Position numbers and translations under genes: made by a program
Shown: piece after piece, positions 1-9,938 of the stretch
How the letters are laid out: each line of letters starts with the position of its first letter
Numbering within the stretch: position 1 is the stretch's first letter
Notes under the pieces: model-generated
Database searches by the model: none
Told to the model about the DNA's origin: nothing
The model's input: the letters and a program-made list of their open reading frames with translations, nothing else
Origin: Enterobacteria phage vB_EcoM_IME340
Direction: 5' to 3' (one strand)
Sequence record: MH051916
Length of the DNA: 64,000 nucleotides

Positions 1-572
1 GACTATCCTTGCTTAACTCGTAGAGAGTTTGAAGGAATTGACTATGATCGTGAGACTAATTTAAATCTGACTAAATTAGAAGTAATTACGATTATGGAAC
101 AAGCATTTTGCTATCTTAATAGTAAAAGCCCAATTAAAGGCGTGTTTGTTTTTGATGACGAAGGACAAGAATCAGTTAATTCCGTAGCATTTAACAAGAT
201 TATTGACGTTATAAATAATATTGAAGATCAATGGTCAGTCCGTCGTCTGATGCAAGCCCTAGGTACGGATTTGATTGTTAATAACTTCGACCGCATGTAT
301 TGGGTAAAATTATTTGCTTTAGATTATCTTGATAAATTTAACTCAGGTTATGATTATTATATCGTTCCTGATACTCGTCAAGATCATGAAATGGATGCGG
401 CTAGGGCGATGGGTGCTACAGTAATTCATGTAGTTCGTCCTGGTCAAAAATCCAATGATACTCATATTACAGAAGCTGGATTGCCAATTCGTGATGGCGA
501 TTTAGTAATTACAAACGATGGTTCTCTTGAAGAACTTTTTTCTAAAATTAAAAATACACTAAAGGTACTATA

Positions 573-573
<1 letters not shown>
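1..573 (+). CDS. 1: deoxynucleoside monophosphate kinase (gp1), 3' portion; 5' end lies upstream of window
   Basis: Open frame from base 1 to stop at 571-573; translation matches remembered C-terminal part of T4 gp1 (..EQAFCYLN..KNTLKVL). Confidence 0.85.
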
Positions 574-1270
<697 letters not shown>

Positions 1271-1282
1271 TTTCACAAAGTT

Positions 1283-1313
1283 ATTTACACGGGGTTTTAG
1301 TTGTGATACTATT
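1283..1313 (+). promoter_or_regulatory. sigma70-type early promoter (-35 ATTTAC, -10 GATACTAT)
   Basis: ATTTAC at 1283-1288 and TG-extended -10 about 16 bp downstream; upstream A/T tract. Confidence 0.5.
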
Positions 1314-1348
1314 ACCCTATCAAAACAAATGAGTGATTGGAGAATAAA

Positions 1349-1621
1349 ATGAAAACATTTAAAGAATTTATCAATGAAGCTACTTTTAACGAAAAAGTAA
1401 AAATTAGCAAAGCTGTCAAGACTTTGATTGCTGACATCAATTACCTATATGATATTGATTTAACTGACTATGTAACAGTTGGTAACAAACGTAACTTTTT
1501 CGTGTTTGACATCTCTGAACTTGACCAGAATCAAATTAACAACATTGAGCGTTTTGCTAATGATAAGGGTCTTCGTCATGAGTCAGCGGGTTATAAAAAA
1601 TACGCAATTTATTTAAAATGA
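1349..1621 (+). CDS. internal-protein-like protein with capsid-targeting N-terminus (MKTFKEFINEA)
   Basis: ATG at 1349 preceded by GGAGAATAAA; N-terminus matches T4 Ip capsid-targeting consensus; track ORF 1337 is an upstream TTG extension. Confidence 0.65.
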   Translation: MKTFKEFINEATFNEKVKISKAVKTLIADINYLYDIDLTDYVTVGNKRNFFVFDISELDQNQINNIERFANDKGLRHESAGYKKYAIYLK

Positions 1622-1652
1622 GTTTACTTTTAAATAGGGTTGTGGTACTATT
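1622..1652 (+). promoter_or_regulatory. sigma70-type early promoter
   Basis: GTTTAC 1622-1627, -10 GGTACTATT around 1644-1652. Confidence 0.5.
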
Positions 1653-1681
1653 ATCTCATCAAAATTAATTAGGAAAATAAA

Positions 1682-1990
1682 ATGAAAACATTTAAAGAAT
1701 TTATCAATGAAGCGGCTGCACCAAAGACATTCGTTATTAATACTCAAGCGAGTCTTGATGATGAGTACGCGGAGGCAATTCTGAGGTCACTTGCTAAGAA
1801 CGGCGTTGAAGTAATCGCCTCGGACTTTAAGAAAGGGGCTTCCGAGATGTTTATTTCTATAACTAAAGGATCTAAAGCTAAAATCAAATCATCATTCGGT
1901 GTTGCTCGTACCGATCAAATCGACAATCATGACTTTAAACAAACTGGTGTTAAACGGCAGAACATAATTGCATCACGCGGAATAAAATAG
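1682..1990 (+). CDS. internal-protein-like protein (MKTFKEFINEA N-terminus)
   Basis: 102 aa ORF; same capsid-targeting N-terminus as previous gene; SD AGGAAAATAAA. Confidence 0.65.
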   Translation: MKTFKEFINEAAAPKTFVINTQASLDDEYAEAILRSLAKNGVEVIASDFKKGASEMFISITKGSKAKIKSSFGVARTDQIDNHDFKQTGVKRQNIIASRGIK

Positions 1991-2000
1991 TTTATAAACC

Positions 2001-2031
2001 GTTTACTTTTAGATGGGGTAGTGATATTATT
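2001..2031 (+). promoter_or_regulatory. sigma70-type early promoter
   Basis: GTTTAC 2001-2006, -10 TGATATTAT about 17 bp downstream. Confidence 0.5.
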
Positions 2032-2058
2032 ACCCTATCAACTACTGAGGAGAATAAA

Positions 2059-2241
2059 ATGAAACGTTGTGAATTAATTCGAAATGTTGCTATTGCAATT
2101 TCTGCTTCCGCTTTTAGTTTTTCAATGTTTGTTGGATTTATATGCGGATTATTAACTACAGCAGAAAATGTGTTTTCACTTGTAGTAGCATTTTTAATTG
2201 GTTTAATTGCTATCGTTATGGATAAAATTTCTAAAGGTTAA
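2059..2241 (+). CDS. small hydrophobic (membrane) protein
   Basis: 60 aa ORF, SD GGAGAATAAA, two hydrophobic stretches. Confidence 0.5.
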   Translation: MKRCELIRNVAIAISASAFSFSMFVGFICGLLTTAENVFSLVVAFLIGLIAIVMDKISKG

Positions 2242-2243
2242 TA

Positions 2244-2531
2244 ATGATTCTTTATGCTAAAGTATCATCCATTGAAAATGGATATAAATATGATCAAGAA
2301 GCAACTAAAGCCTTGATTGATGATTATGGCATTTTAACGTGTTTTGAAGTTGAAAAGGTTTACATTGACCGTTCATCTTCTCAGGTTAAATTAGTTAAGG
2401 AAGACCGTAAATTTAATACAGTAAATTTTGATTTCTTTATTGAAACAGAAAAAGGTCCTCTTGAATATGATATTTTCAAGAATCCTTTGGGTCTTGAATG
2501 CATCGTAAACATGTATTATCATAAATGGTAA
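2244..2531 (+). CDS. hypothetical protein
   Basis: 95 aa ORF immediately following previous stop. Confidence 0.5.
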   Translation: MILYAKVSSIENGYKYDQEATKALIDDYGILTCFEVEKVYIDRSSSQVKLVKEDRKFNTVNFDFFIETEKGPLEYDIFKNPLGLECIVNMYYHKW

Positions 2532-2628
2532 ATATGCTTTAAGAATTATTTGTTATTATTAACTCATATCGCACTGATTAATACCCTCTATCATCAAGGG
2601 TTCTTGCTTGAGAGCCTTTGTTAATAAT

Positions 2629-2701
2629 TGGGAATTAGCCAAGTTGGTAAGGCACTGGATTTTGATTCCAGGATGCAAAGGTTCGAGTCCTTTATTCCCA
2701 G
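2629..2701 (+). tRNA. tRNA-Gln (anticodon UUG), CCA not encoded
   Basis: Manual fold: acceptor TGGGAAT/ATTCCCA, anticodon stem CTGGA/TCCAG with loop TTTTGAT, T-loop GGTTCGAGTCC. Confidence 0.8.
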
Positions 2702-2702
2702 C

Positions 2703-2789
2703 GCGAGAATGGTCAAATTGGTAAAGGCACAGCACTTAAAATGCTGCGGAATGATTTCCTTGTGGGTTCGAGTCCCACTTCTCGCACCA
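2703..2789 (+). tRNA. tRNA-Leu (anticodon UAA), long variable arm, CCA encoded
   Basis: Acceptor GCGAGAA/TTCTCGC, anticodon loop CTTAAAA, T-loop GGTTCGAGTCC, 3' ACCA. Confidence 0.8.
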
Positions 2790-2794
2790 AATTT

Positions 2795-2868
<74 letters not shown>

Positions 2869-2878
2869 ATTTAATTTA

Positions 2879-2952
2879 CTCCGTGTAGCTCAGTTTGGTA
2901 GAGCGTCTGCTTTGGGAGCAGAATGTCGCAGGTTCAAATCCTGCCGCGGAGA
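2879..2952 (+). tRNA. tRNA-Pro (anticodon UGG), CCA not encoded
   Basis: Acceptor CTCCGTG/CGCGGAG, D-arm GCTCAGTTTGGTAGAGC, anticodon loop TTTGGGA, T-loop GGTTCAAATCC. Confidence 0.8.
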
Positions 2953-2954
2953 CT

Positions 2955-3044
2955 GGAGGCGTGGCAGAGTGGTTTAATGCACCGGTCTTGAAAACCGGCA
3001 GTCGCTCCGGCGACTCATAGGTTCAAATCCTATCGCCTCCGCCA
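2955..3044 (+). tRNA. tRNA-Ser (anticodon UGA), long variable arm
   Basis: Acceptor GGAGGCG/CGCCTCC, anticodon loop CTTGAAA, T-loop GGTTCAAATCC, 3' GCCA. Confidence 0.8.
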
Positions 3045-3049
3045 GTTTT

Positions 3050-3125
3050 GCTGATTTAGCTCAGTAGGTAGAGCACCTCACTTGTAATGAGGACGTCGGC
3101 GGTTCGATTCCGTCAATCAGCACCA
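3050..3125 (+). tRNA. tRNA-Thr (anticodon UGU)
   Basis: Acceptor GCTGATT/AATCAGC, D-arm GCTCAGTAGGTAGAGC, anticodon loop CTTGTAA, T-loop GGTTCGATTCC, 3' ACCA. Confidence 0.8.
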
Positions 3126-3126
3126 A

Positions 3127-3201
3127 GGCCCTGTAGCTGGAAGGTTCAAGCAAGCGACTCATAATCGCCAGATGGTGGTTCAATTCCACCCAGGGCCACC
3201 A
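3127..3201 (+). tRNA. tRNA with CAU anticodon (Ile2/lysidine type as in T4, or Met-like)
   Basis: Acceptor GGCCCTG/CAGGGCC, anticodon loop CTCATAA, T-loop GGTTCAATTCC, 3' ACCA; T4 carries an Ile tRNA with this anticodon. Confidence 0.7.
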
Positions 3202-3210
3202 AATTAATTT

Positions 3211-3297
3211 GGGGAGTTATCCCGTAGAGGTAGCGGTGTGGACTGTAAATTCATTGTCATTGCGACTCGGGTGGTTCGACTCCATCACTCCCCACCA
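3211..3297 (+). tRNA. tRNA-Tyr-like (anticodon GUA), class II with long variable arm
   Basis: Acceptor GGGGAGT/ACTCCCC, anticodon stem GTGGA/TTCAT with loop CTGTAAA, T-arm GGTGG-TTCGACT-CCATC, 3' ACCA; D-stem is only 3 bp so the call is less secure. Confidence 0.55.
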
Positions 3298-3301
3298 ATT
3301 T

Positions 3302-3376
3302 GGATGTGTAGCTCAATGGCAGAGCGATCGCCTGTTAAGCGATTGGTTATAGGTTCGAATCCTATCACGTCCGCCA
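3302..3376 (+). tRNA. tRNA-Asn (anticodon GUU)
   Basis: Acceptor GGATGTG/CACGTCC, D-arm GCTCAATGGCAGAGC, anticodon loop CTGTTAA, T-loop GGTTCGAATCC, 3' GCCA. Confidence 0.75.
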
Positions 3377-3380
3377 AATC

Positions 3381-3456
3381 CGAGGCATAGCTCAGAAGGA
3401 AGAGCAAGGACCTTCTAAGTCCTAGGTCGTAGGTTCGATCCCTACTGCCTCGACCA
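3381..3456 (+). tRNA. tRNA-Arg (anticodon UCU)
   Basis: Acceptor CGAGGCA/TGCCTCG, D-arm GCTCAGAAGGAAGAGC, anticodon loop CTTCTAA, T-loop GGTTCGATCCC, 3' ACCA. Confidence 0.8.
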
Positions 3457-3472
3457 ATTAAGTGAGGAAAAT

Positions 3473-3823
3473 ATGAAAGGTAATGTTTATTTAGTAGTTC
3501 ATGATTTAACATTCTATTTTAATCACAATGACACTGTTATTTCTGAACGTGTAATTAATTTACTTTATCAGCATGCAGATTATGTTTATGTCGAAAACGA
3601 ATACGGTCATTGGCAATTTCTCAAAAATCGTTCATTTGGTTTAGATGGTTACGAATACTTTGAACGTAAAGACCTTTTAGATAAAATTCCATTATCTACA
3701 CAATATCAAAATCACAAGTCTTTACATAAATGTCGGCTAATTCGAAATGCTGAATCTGCTTATGAAGCAATTGATTTATGGCGTAAACGCCGTGAACAGA
3801 TTGATGCTTTAAAAGAATACTAA
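3473..3823 (+). CDS. hypothetical protein
   Basis: 116 aa ORF starting 17 bp after tRNA-Arg with SD GAGGAAAATATG. Confidence 0.55.
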   Translation: MKGNVYLVVHDLTFYFNHNDTVISERVINLLYQHADYVYVENEYGHWQFLKNRSFGLDGYEYFERKDLLDKIPLSTQYQNHKSLHKCRLIRNAESAYEAIDLWRKRREQIDALKEY

Positions 3824-3829
3824 GAAACC

Positions 3830-4129
3830 GGGTCGCTACCGGTAAGTCGTCGGACTGATGTTCCCTGGAGTATAGTTTCTCCCACAGTTTTACTGTGTTC
3901 TGATTCTTTACTATCACAGCAGAAACGGCGCACAGAATTATCGATTCGAGGAAATATCTTTGCCGTAAGCCGAGTAGCGTTTTTGACGGAACGTTCGGAT
4001 ATGGTCGAGATATGGCCTTTTAAAAATATTAAGTAGCGTCAACTGCTTAATAACCGGGTTCGAATCCCGGCGTTTCGTACAAACACTTGCCTTAGCAGGT
4101 GGAACCCCGACAAGGTTGCCGCAAGGCTT
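3830..4129 (+). ncRNA. candidate structured stable RNA(s); contains a tRNA-like T-arm
   Basis: About 300 nt with no credible ORF in a dense genome; CCGGG-TTCGAAT-CCCGG T-arm motif at 4054-4072; ends at an intrinsic terminator; T4 encodes stable RNAs (species 1 and 2) beside its tRNAs. Confidence 0.35.
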
Positions 4130-4156
4130 AGCCCCGACCGAAAGGTTGGGGCTTTT
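4130..4156 (+). terminator. rho-independent terminator
   Basis: GCCCCGACC-GAAA-GGTTGGGGC hairpin followed by TTTTT. Confidence 0.7.
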
Positions 4157-4247
4157 TAGTTTGAATCACATAGAGAATGCTGTTACGGATAATAACAAAG
4201 TAATAAATAATTAATAACCAACCGATAAATTATTTCAAGGATTTTAA

Positions 4248-4811
4248 ATGAAAACCTATGCCGAGTTTTTAACCGAAGCAGCAAAATTACCATCTGAAGC
4301 AGATCTTACTAAAGTATTCTTCCACTTGGACCCAAAAGACCGCGGCGATTTTCTTAAGTGGAAAGCTAAAGCTATTGAAATGTATAACATTGATAATAGT
4401 TCTTTTACGATGAGTCAAGAAAATAAATTCAATAAAGCATTTTTCAAAATTTCTAAGAAACTGGCATCTGGCGCTCAGGTTCCTAAATCTGCCTTAGCTA
4501 CTCCTGAACGTGCACCTGTCAAAATTTCTAAGAATATGTTCGACACTAAAAAATACGTTAATGCTTTGAATAAAGCTCTTGATGCATTGGATGATGCAAA
4601 GAAGGCAGCCCGTGATCTTCAAGATGTGTACACCGATTTTGATCGTAAAACTAAAGGTTCTATTTCAAATAGCGAACGCAATAGTGTAAGTGTTTATTCT
4701 GATAGTCTTGATGTTCTTGGCGATGCGTATACTGAAATTAAAAATCGTATTAACACCGCATCTAAGCTAAAAGCTGCCGCAGAAGCTATAATAACTAAAC
4801 TAGATAAATAA
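4248..4811 (+). CDS. internal-protein-like protein (MKTYAEFLTEA N-terminus), 187 aa
   Basis: Capsid-targeting N-terminus; size similar to T4 IpIII but location differs. Confidence 0.6.
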   Translation: MKTYAEFLTEAAKLPSEADLTKVFFHLDPKDRGDFLKWKAKAIEMYNIDNSSFTMSQENKFNKAFFKISKKLASGAQVPKSALATPERAPVKISKNMFDTKKYVNALNKALDALDDAKKAARDLQDVYTDFDRKTKGSISNSERNSVSVYSDSLDVLGDAYTEIKNRINTASKLKAAAEAIITKLDK

Positions 4812-4819
4812 TTTTAAAT

Positions 4820-4845
4820 CCCTATCTAAATGATAGGGCTTTTTG
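4820..4845 (+). terminator. rho-independent terminator
   Basis: CCCTATC-TAAAT-GATAGGG hairpin followed by CTTTTT. Confidence 0.65.
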
Positions 4846-4954
4846 GTATCTAGGCCTTTCCGGGCCTCTCTAGGCATCATTTAGTTTATATCCTTTATAA
4901 TATATTATCCTACCTTTTAATTGCCCCTCCCCGCCCTAGAATTCCCCAAAACTT

Positions 4955-5051
4955 TTTAAAAATTTTTTCACAAAACTGTTTACATCCCTGTTCTTCCATG
5001 GTACTATACAACTATCAACTACTGATACAGAAAAACAACTTGGAGAATAAA
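4955..5051 (+). repeat. repeated early promoter-leader cassette (PeSL-like), copy A
   Basis: AATTTTTTCACAAAACTGTTTAC...GGTACTATACAACTATCAACT...GGAGAATAAAATG shared with copies at 20805 and 47226. Confidence 0.75.
4978..5009 (+). promoter_or_regulatory. sigma70-type early promoter
   Basis: GTTTAC 4978-4983, -10 TACTAT 5002-5007, upstream A/T-rich element. Confidence 0.65.
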
Positions 5052-5315
5052 ATGGATAATTACGGCGAACTGTTCAACTTCTTTATGAAATGTGTTTCAG
5101 AAGATTTTGGTCGTACAGTGAATGATATTAAAGTTATCGGTCCTGATCATCCGATGTTTGAAACTTACGCAGTAATGGGTAATGAAGATGGTCAGTGGTA
5201 TACTGTAAAGGTTGTGATTAACATGTTCACTGCTGAAGGTTATGTTAAACTGTCTTCTAAAGTTTACCATGATAACGATGAAATCGCAGAAGAATATTTC
5301 AATAATATGAAATAA
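5052..5315 (+). CDS. hypothetical protein
   Basis: ATG at 5052 after GGAGAATAAA; track ORF 4998 is an upstream extension through the promoter. Confidence 0.55.
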   Translation: MDNYGELFNFFMKCVSEDFGRTVNDIKVIGPDHPMFETYAVMGNEDGQWYTVKVVINMFTAEGYVKLSSKVYHDNDEIAEEYFNNMK

Positions 5316-5383
5316 TTGTGTACAAACACCAAGGACGGTGTTATTATAGACTTATCAAAACAAATACAGAAACGGAGAAATAA

Positions 5384-5560
5384 ATGACTACTTTAATTAT
5401 TTGGTTTGACGAAAATGAAGAAACATACTGCGTGAACATTGGCGAAAGCCCAATGCCAGAATTTGAATCTTCGGATAAAAACTCGGTTGTATCTTGGGCT
5501 GAAGGTTATAAAGCAGCAAAAGGCGATGTTGAAATAGTTTACAAACTATCCGGAGTATAA
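5384..5560 (+). CDS. small hypothetical protein (58 aa)
   Basis: ATG preceded by SD GGAGAAATAA; below the track length cutoff. Confidence 0.4.
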   Translation: MTTLIIWFDENEETYCVNIGESPMPEFESSDKNSVVSWAEGYKAAKGDVEIVYKLSGV

Positions 5561-5603
5561 TACTTTCATGGATTTTAAATCTTAATTAACCTAAGGAAAT
5601 ACT

Positions 5604-6197
5604 ATGAACACACTGAAGAAAATTGTTGAGTTTATTCGCACTAAACTTGGTTCTGCTATGGCTAAAAATCTATCTGTTGAAGAACAGTATACTGCCGCAG
5701 CAGCAAAACTGCTTGATAAAATTAAAGACCTAAAAACTGCTTCTGTTAAATCTATTAATGAAGAAAAACGTATTCGTGAACTTATTGTTGAAAAGAATAA
5801 ACAGGCTGAATCAAAAGAGCGTGAAATTCGCAAGCTTCTTTCCGAAGGTCAAGATGTAACAATGCATGCTAAACTCGGTTTGCTATATCGTCGAACAGCT
5901 GAACAGCTGACTACTAAAGCTGATGGTTATGCTGAAATGCGAATTGAAATCGCTAAGAAAGTAGTTGAGTTAGATGATGCTCGCCAAGAACTTGCAGTTA
6001 AATTGGAATATATCCGTGAAACTCGTGCAGCAAATGCCCTTGGAATTAGTACTGCTGATGATGTAGTTGAAATTGCAGCACTGACTAAGGTTGATATTGA
6101 AGATACTCTTGCTCGAGTTGAAACCTTTAATGGTAATATTTCTGGGGTTGAAACTACCTCTGCCGATGTTCAGGAATATATTAATTCTCTGAAATAA
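5604..6197 (+). CDS. coiled-coil protein (weak resemblance to PspA/IM30-type helical proteins)
   Basis: 197 aa, SD AAGGAAAT, strongly helical composition with heptad-like charge pattern; family assignment not established. Confidence 0.5.
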
Positions 6198-6202
6198 TGA
6201 TA

Positions 6203-6220
6203 AGGGGCTTCGGCCCCTAT
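6203..6220 (+). terminator. GC hairpin with UUCG loop (terminator/RNA-stability element)
   Basis: AGGGGC-TTCG-GCCCCT; the downstream T-run is weak. Confidence 0.45.
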
Positions 6221-6238
6221 TACTTGGAGTAAATAGGA

Positions 6239-6847
6239 ATGAAAATGCAAAGTGATTTCAATTCAATGTTTGAAGAGTTCCAAAGACAGATTGATGTTCC
6301 AGACCAATTACTACATGCTCTTAAACGCATGGCAGAAGGACGTAATTATTATTGGGGTTCTTCATATGAAACTGATGAAAGTCTTTCTGGAAGATTTTCT
6401 AGAGGTAAAAAGTCTTTAATACGTCCTGGAATACTTATTAACAGTATTGAATCAATTCATTCATTGACATGTGATTTTGATGTTGAATTTACTGATTTTG
6501 TTTCTCCTGAATGGACGGTCTGTTATTTAAACGACGATTTTGATTATCTTGGTGTTTATAGTTTAAGTGACGCATGGTTTAAACGTAATTTACAAAAGTC
6601 AAATTTATTCTATATTGATACTACAGTAAAATTTCAGGGAAAGAAATATTTCTTTACTCTTATAGTTGATTCTGAAACGAAGCATGAAAATAAACGTATT
6701 CTTAGTAAAAGAAATATCTTGAATATTGTTGATGATCTTTTTGATAAATTAGTGGAAAATCCTAATTTTGAAAGTGATTTATTACTAGAAAAATTTGTGA
6801 AGGAATGCAGAGAATATGTCAAAGCCATCAATGTATCTTCCAAGTAA
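6239..6847 (+). CDS. hypothetical protein
   Basis: 202 aa ORF with SD AGGAATG. Confidence 0.55.
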   Translation: MKMQSDFNSMFEEFQRQIDVPDQLLHALKRMAEGRNYYWGSSYETDESLSGRFSRGKKSLIRPGILINSIESIHSLTCDFDVEFTDFVSPEWTVCYLNDDFDYLGVYSLSDAWFKRNLQKSNLFYIDTTVKFQGKKYFFTLIVDSETKHENKRILSKRNILNIVDDLFDKLVENPNFESDLLLEKFVKECREYVKAINVSSK

Positions 6848-7208
6848 ACCGTTGAAGTATGAATTAAAGCGCCAGCTAATTTCTACTGATGTATTAATAG
6901 GTCCTGTTATACTTATATCATTTGTAATTCTATTGATTATTGGAGGTGTTTTAGATGTTATGACTGATATTGATTCTGGCGAAATACTTGTGTTAATGCT
7001 AATTCTTCCATTGGTAGTTCCACTTTTATTAGTACCCGTAAATTGGGTAGGATACTGGTATCAAGGAAGACATTATCGTAAACGCGTACGTGATTGGAAA
7101 GCACAGTGTAAAAAGATTAAAAAGGAACATCAGCTTAAACTTGCTGCGTATGAATTTGATGAAATTATGAAATTTGTTAAGGAATCACGATGCAAAAGCC
7201 AAAACTAA
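6816..7208 (+). CDS. membrane protein
   Basis: 130 aa ORF overlapping previous 3' end; long hydrophobic segments. Confidence 0.5.
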   Translation: MSKPSMYLPSKPLKYELKRQLISTDVLIGPVILISFVILLIIGGVLDVMTDIDSGEILVLMLILPLVVPLLLVPVNWVGYWYQGRHYRKRVRDWKAQCKKIKKEHQLKLAAYEFDEIMKFVKESRCKSQN

Positions 7209-7548
7209 ATAAAGTCAAATATTCGTTTCCTGAGTCATTTTTAATTTTTGCTGTGGCGTTGGCTGCAGCTCTTGCGGGTAGTCTTTTTGGATTGTTAATT
7301 GACTGTCTTATTTTAAACATCGACGGCACAGTAAATATAACAGAAGTTTGGAGTGAACTTCGCTATACTAAAATTATTTCATTATTTTCATTCTTTGGTA
7401 CCATGTTATATTTTCATTATGATAATTTTAAAATAAATTGGCAAAGAAAAAAAGATTACAAAATACAATTAAAAGAATATAATAGCTACATGTCTTATAT
7501 TGAAAATGAATCAATGAAAGAGTTTGTGAGTGATTGCAGGAAATTAAA

Positions 7549-7552
<4 letters not shown>
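7190..7552 (+). CDS. membrane protein
   Basis: 120 aa ORF with N-terminal hydrophobic helices. Confidence 0.5.
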
Positions 7553-8795
<1,243 letters not shown>

Positions 8796-8853
8796 TGTTT
8801 ACTTCCTCCAAGGACTTTGATACTATACATTCATCAACTACTTGGAGGAAATT

Positions 8854-9267
8854 ATGACTCGTATCAATTTAACACTTGTTTCTGAACTGACCGACCAACA
8901 TCTTATGGCTGAGTATCGTGAATTACCACGCGTATTTGGTGCAGTCCGTAAACATGTTCAAAACGGTAAACGTGTAAAGGATTTTAAAATCTCTCCAACA
9001 TTTATCTTAGGCACAGGTCACGTAACATTCTTTTATGACAAACTCGAATTTTTACGTTTACGTCAAATCGAGCTAATCGCTGAATGCTTGAAACGTGGTT
9101 TCAAAATCAAGGACACGACTGTCCAGGATATTTCCGACATCCCTGTCGAATTTCGTAATAATTATGTCCCGTCCGAAGCGTCCATTGCGATAAGTCAAGC
9201 TCGCTTAGATGAAAAAATTGCTCAACGCCCTACTTGGTACAAATACTATGGTAAATCAATTTACTAA
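8854..9267 (+). CDS. denV: endonuclease V (pyrimidine-dimer DNA glycosylase)
   Basis: [28 protein letters not shown].. matches remembered T4 DenV; SD GGAGGAAATT. Confidence 0.9.
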   Translation: MTRINLTLVSELTDQHLMAEYRELPRVFGAVRKHVQNGKRVKDFKISPTFILGTGHVTFFYDKLEFLRLRQIELIAECLKRGFKIKDTTVQDISDIPVEFRNNYVPSEASIAISQARLDEKIAQRPTWYKYYGKSIY

Positions 9268-9273
9268 GGAAAA

Positions 9274-9534
9274 ATGAAAATGTATCAAGAATTTATCGCT
9301 GAAGCAGATGCCAAAGGCCCCAAATTTAAAGTTAAAGCTTTCGTTGGTGATGCCGAAGATTTTGGCTCATTAAAACGTAATGGGTATTTTTTCTTAGGTG
9401 GTGATGGTAAAGAAATCAACACCTATGCAAAACGTAGTGAAATTGCTTATGTTGCTGCAAGTCCTAAAGTAGATGTTGACGATATTGGATACGATTTTAA
9501 CAACTTCGGAATTATTTCTGGCGGTGAAGCTTAA
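9274..9534 (+). CDS. internal-protein-like protein (MKMYQEFIAEA N-terminus)
   Basis: 86 aa ORF with capsid-targeting N-terminus. Confidence 0.6.
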   Translation: MKMYQEFIAEADAKGPKFKVKAFVGDAEDFGSLKRNGYFFLGGDGKEINTYAKRSEIAYVAASPKVDVDDIGYDFNNFGIISGGEA

Positions 9535-9537
9535 ACG

Positions 9538-9570
9538 GTTTACGCTTAAGTATTAATATGGTATAATTAC
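9538..9570 (+). promoter_or_regulatory. sigma70-type early promoter
   Basis: GTTTAC 9538-9543, -10 TGGTATAAT ending 9568. Confidence 0.55.
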
Positions 9571-9597
9571 TCTATCAAAACAAACAAGGAAACAAAA

Positions 9598-9912
9598 ATG
9601 AAAACATATAAAGAATTTATTGCAGAATCCGCCAACCAACGCGTTGAAGGTGGTTATATTTGGATTGAACAAGTTGAGCCACCGAGCCGCACTTCTACAG
9701 GTAAATGGAAAATTACTGTTGATGGTCCTGGTGGTAAACGTAGGACTCTTAAAGAAATTAATGGGTACTATGAAGAAGCTCTTTCGGATGCAGGAACTTA
9801 CATGATGCAAATCATGATTAAAAACCCTGAAAACCGTTTTGCAGCTAAAGTCTTCCGACGCATCGGTAATAAACTTTATGACGCATACTCTAAAAACTTC
9901 CCTAAAGAATAA
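9598..9912 (+). CDS. internal-protein-like protein (MKTYKEFIAESA N-terminus)
   Basis: 104 aa ORF with capsid-targeting N-terminus. Confidence 0.6.
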   Translation: MKTYKEFIAESANQRVEGGYIWIEQVEPPSRTSTGKWKITVDGPGGKRRTLKEINGYYEEALSDAGTYMMQIMIKNPENRFAAKVFRRIGNKLYDAYSKNFPKE

Positions 9913-9938
9913 CATGAATTAAAACAATAGGAACAAAA

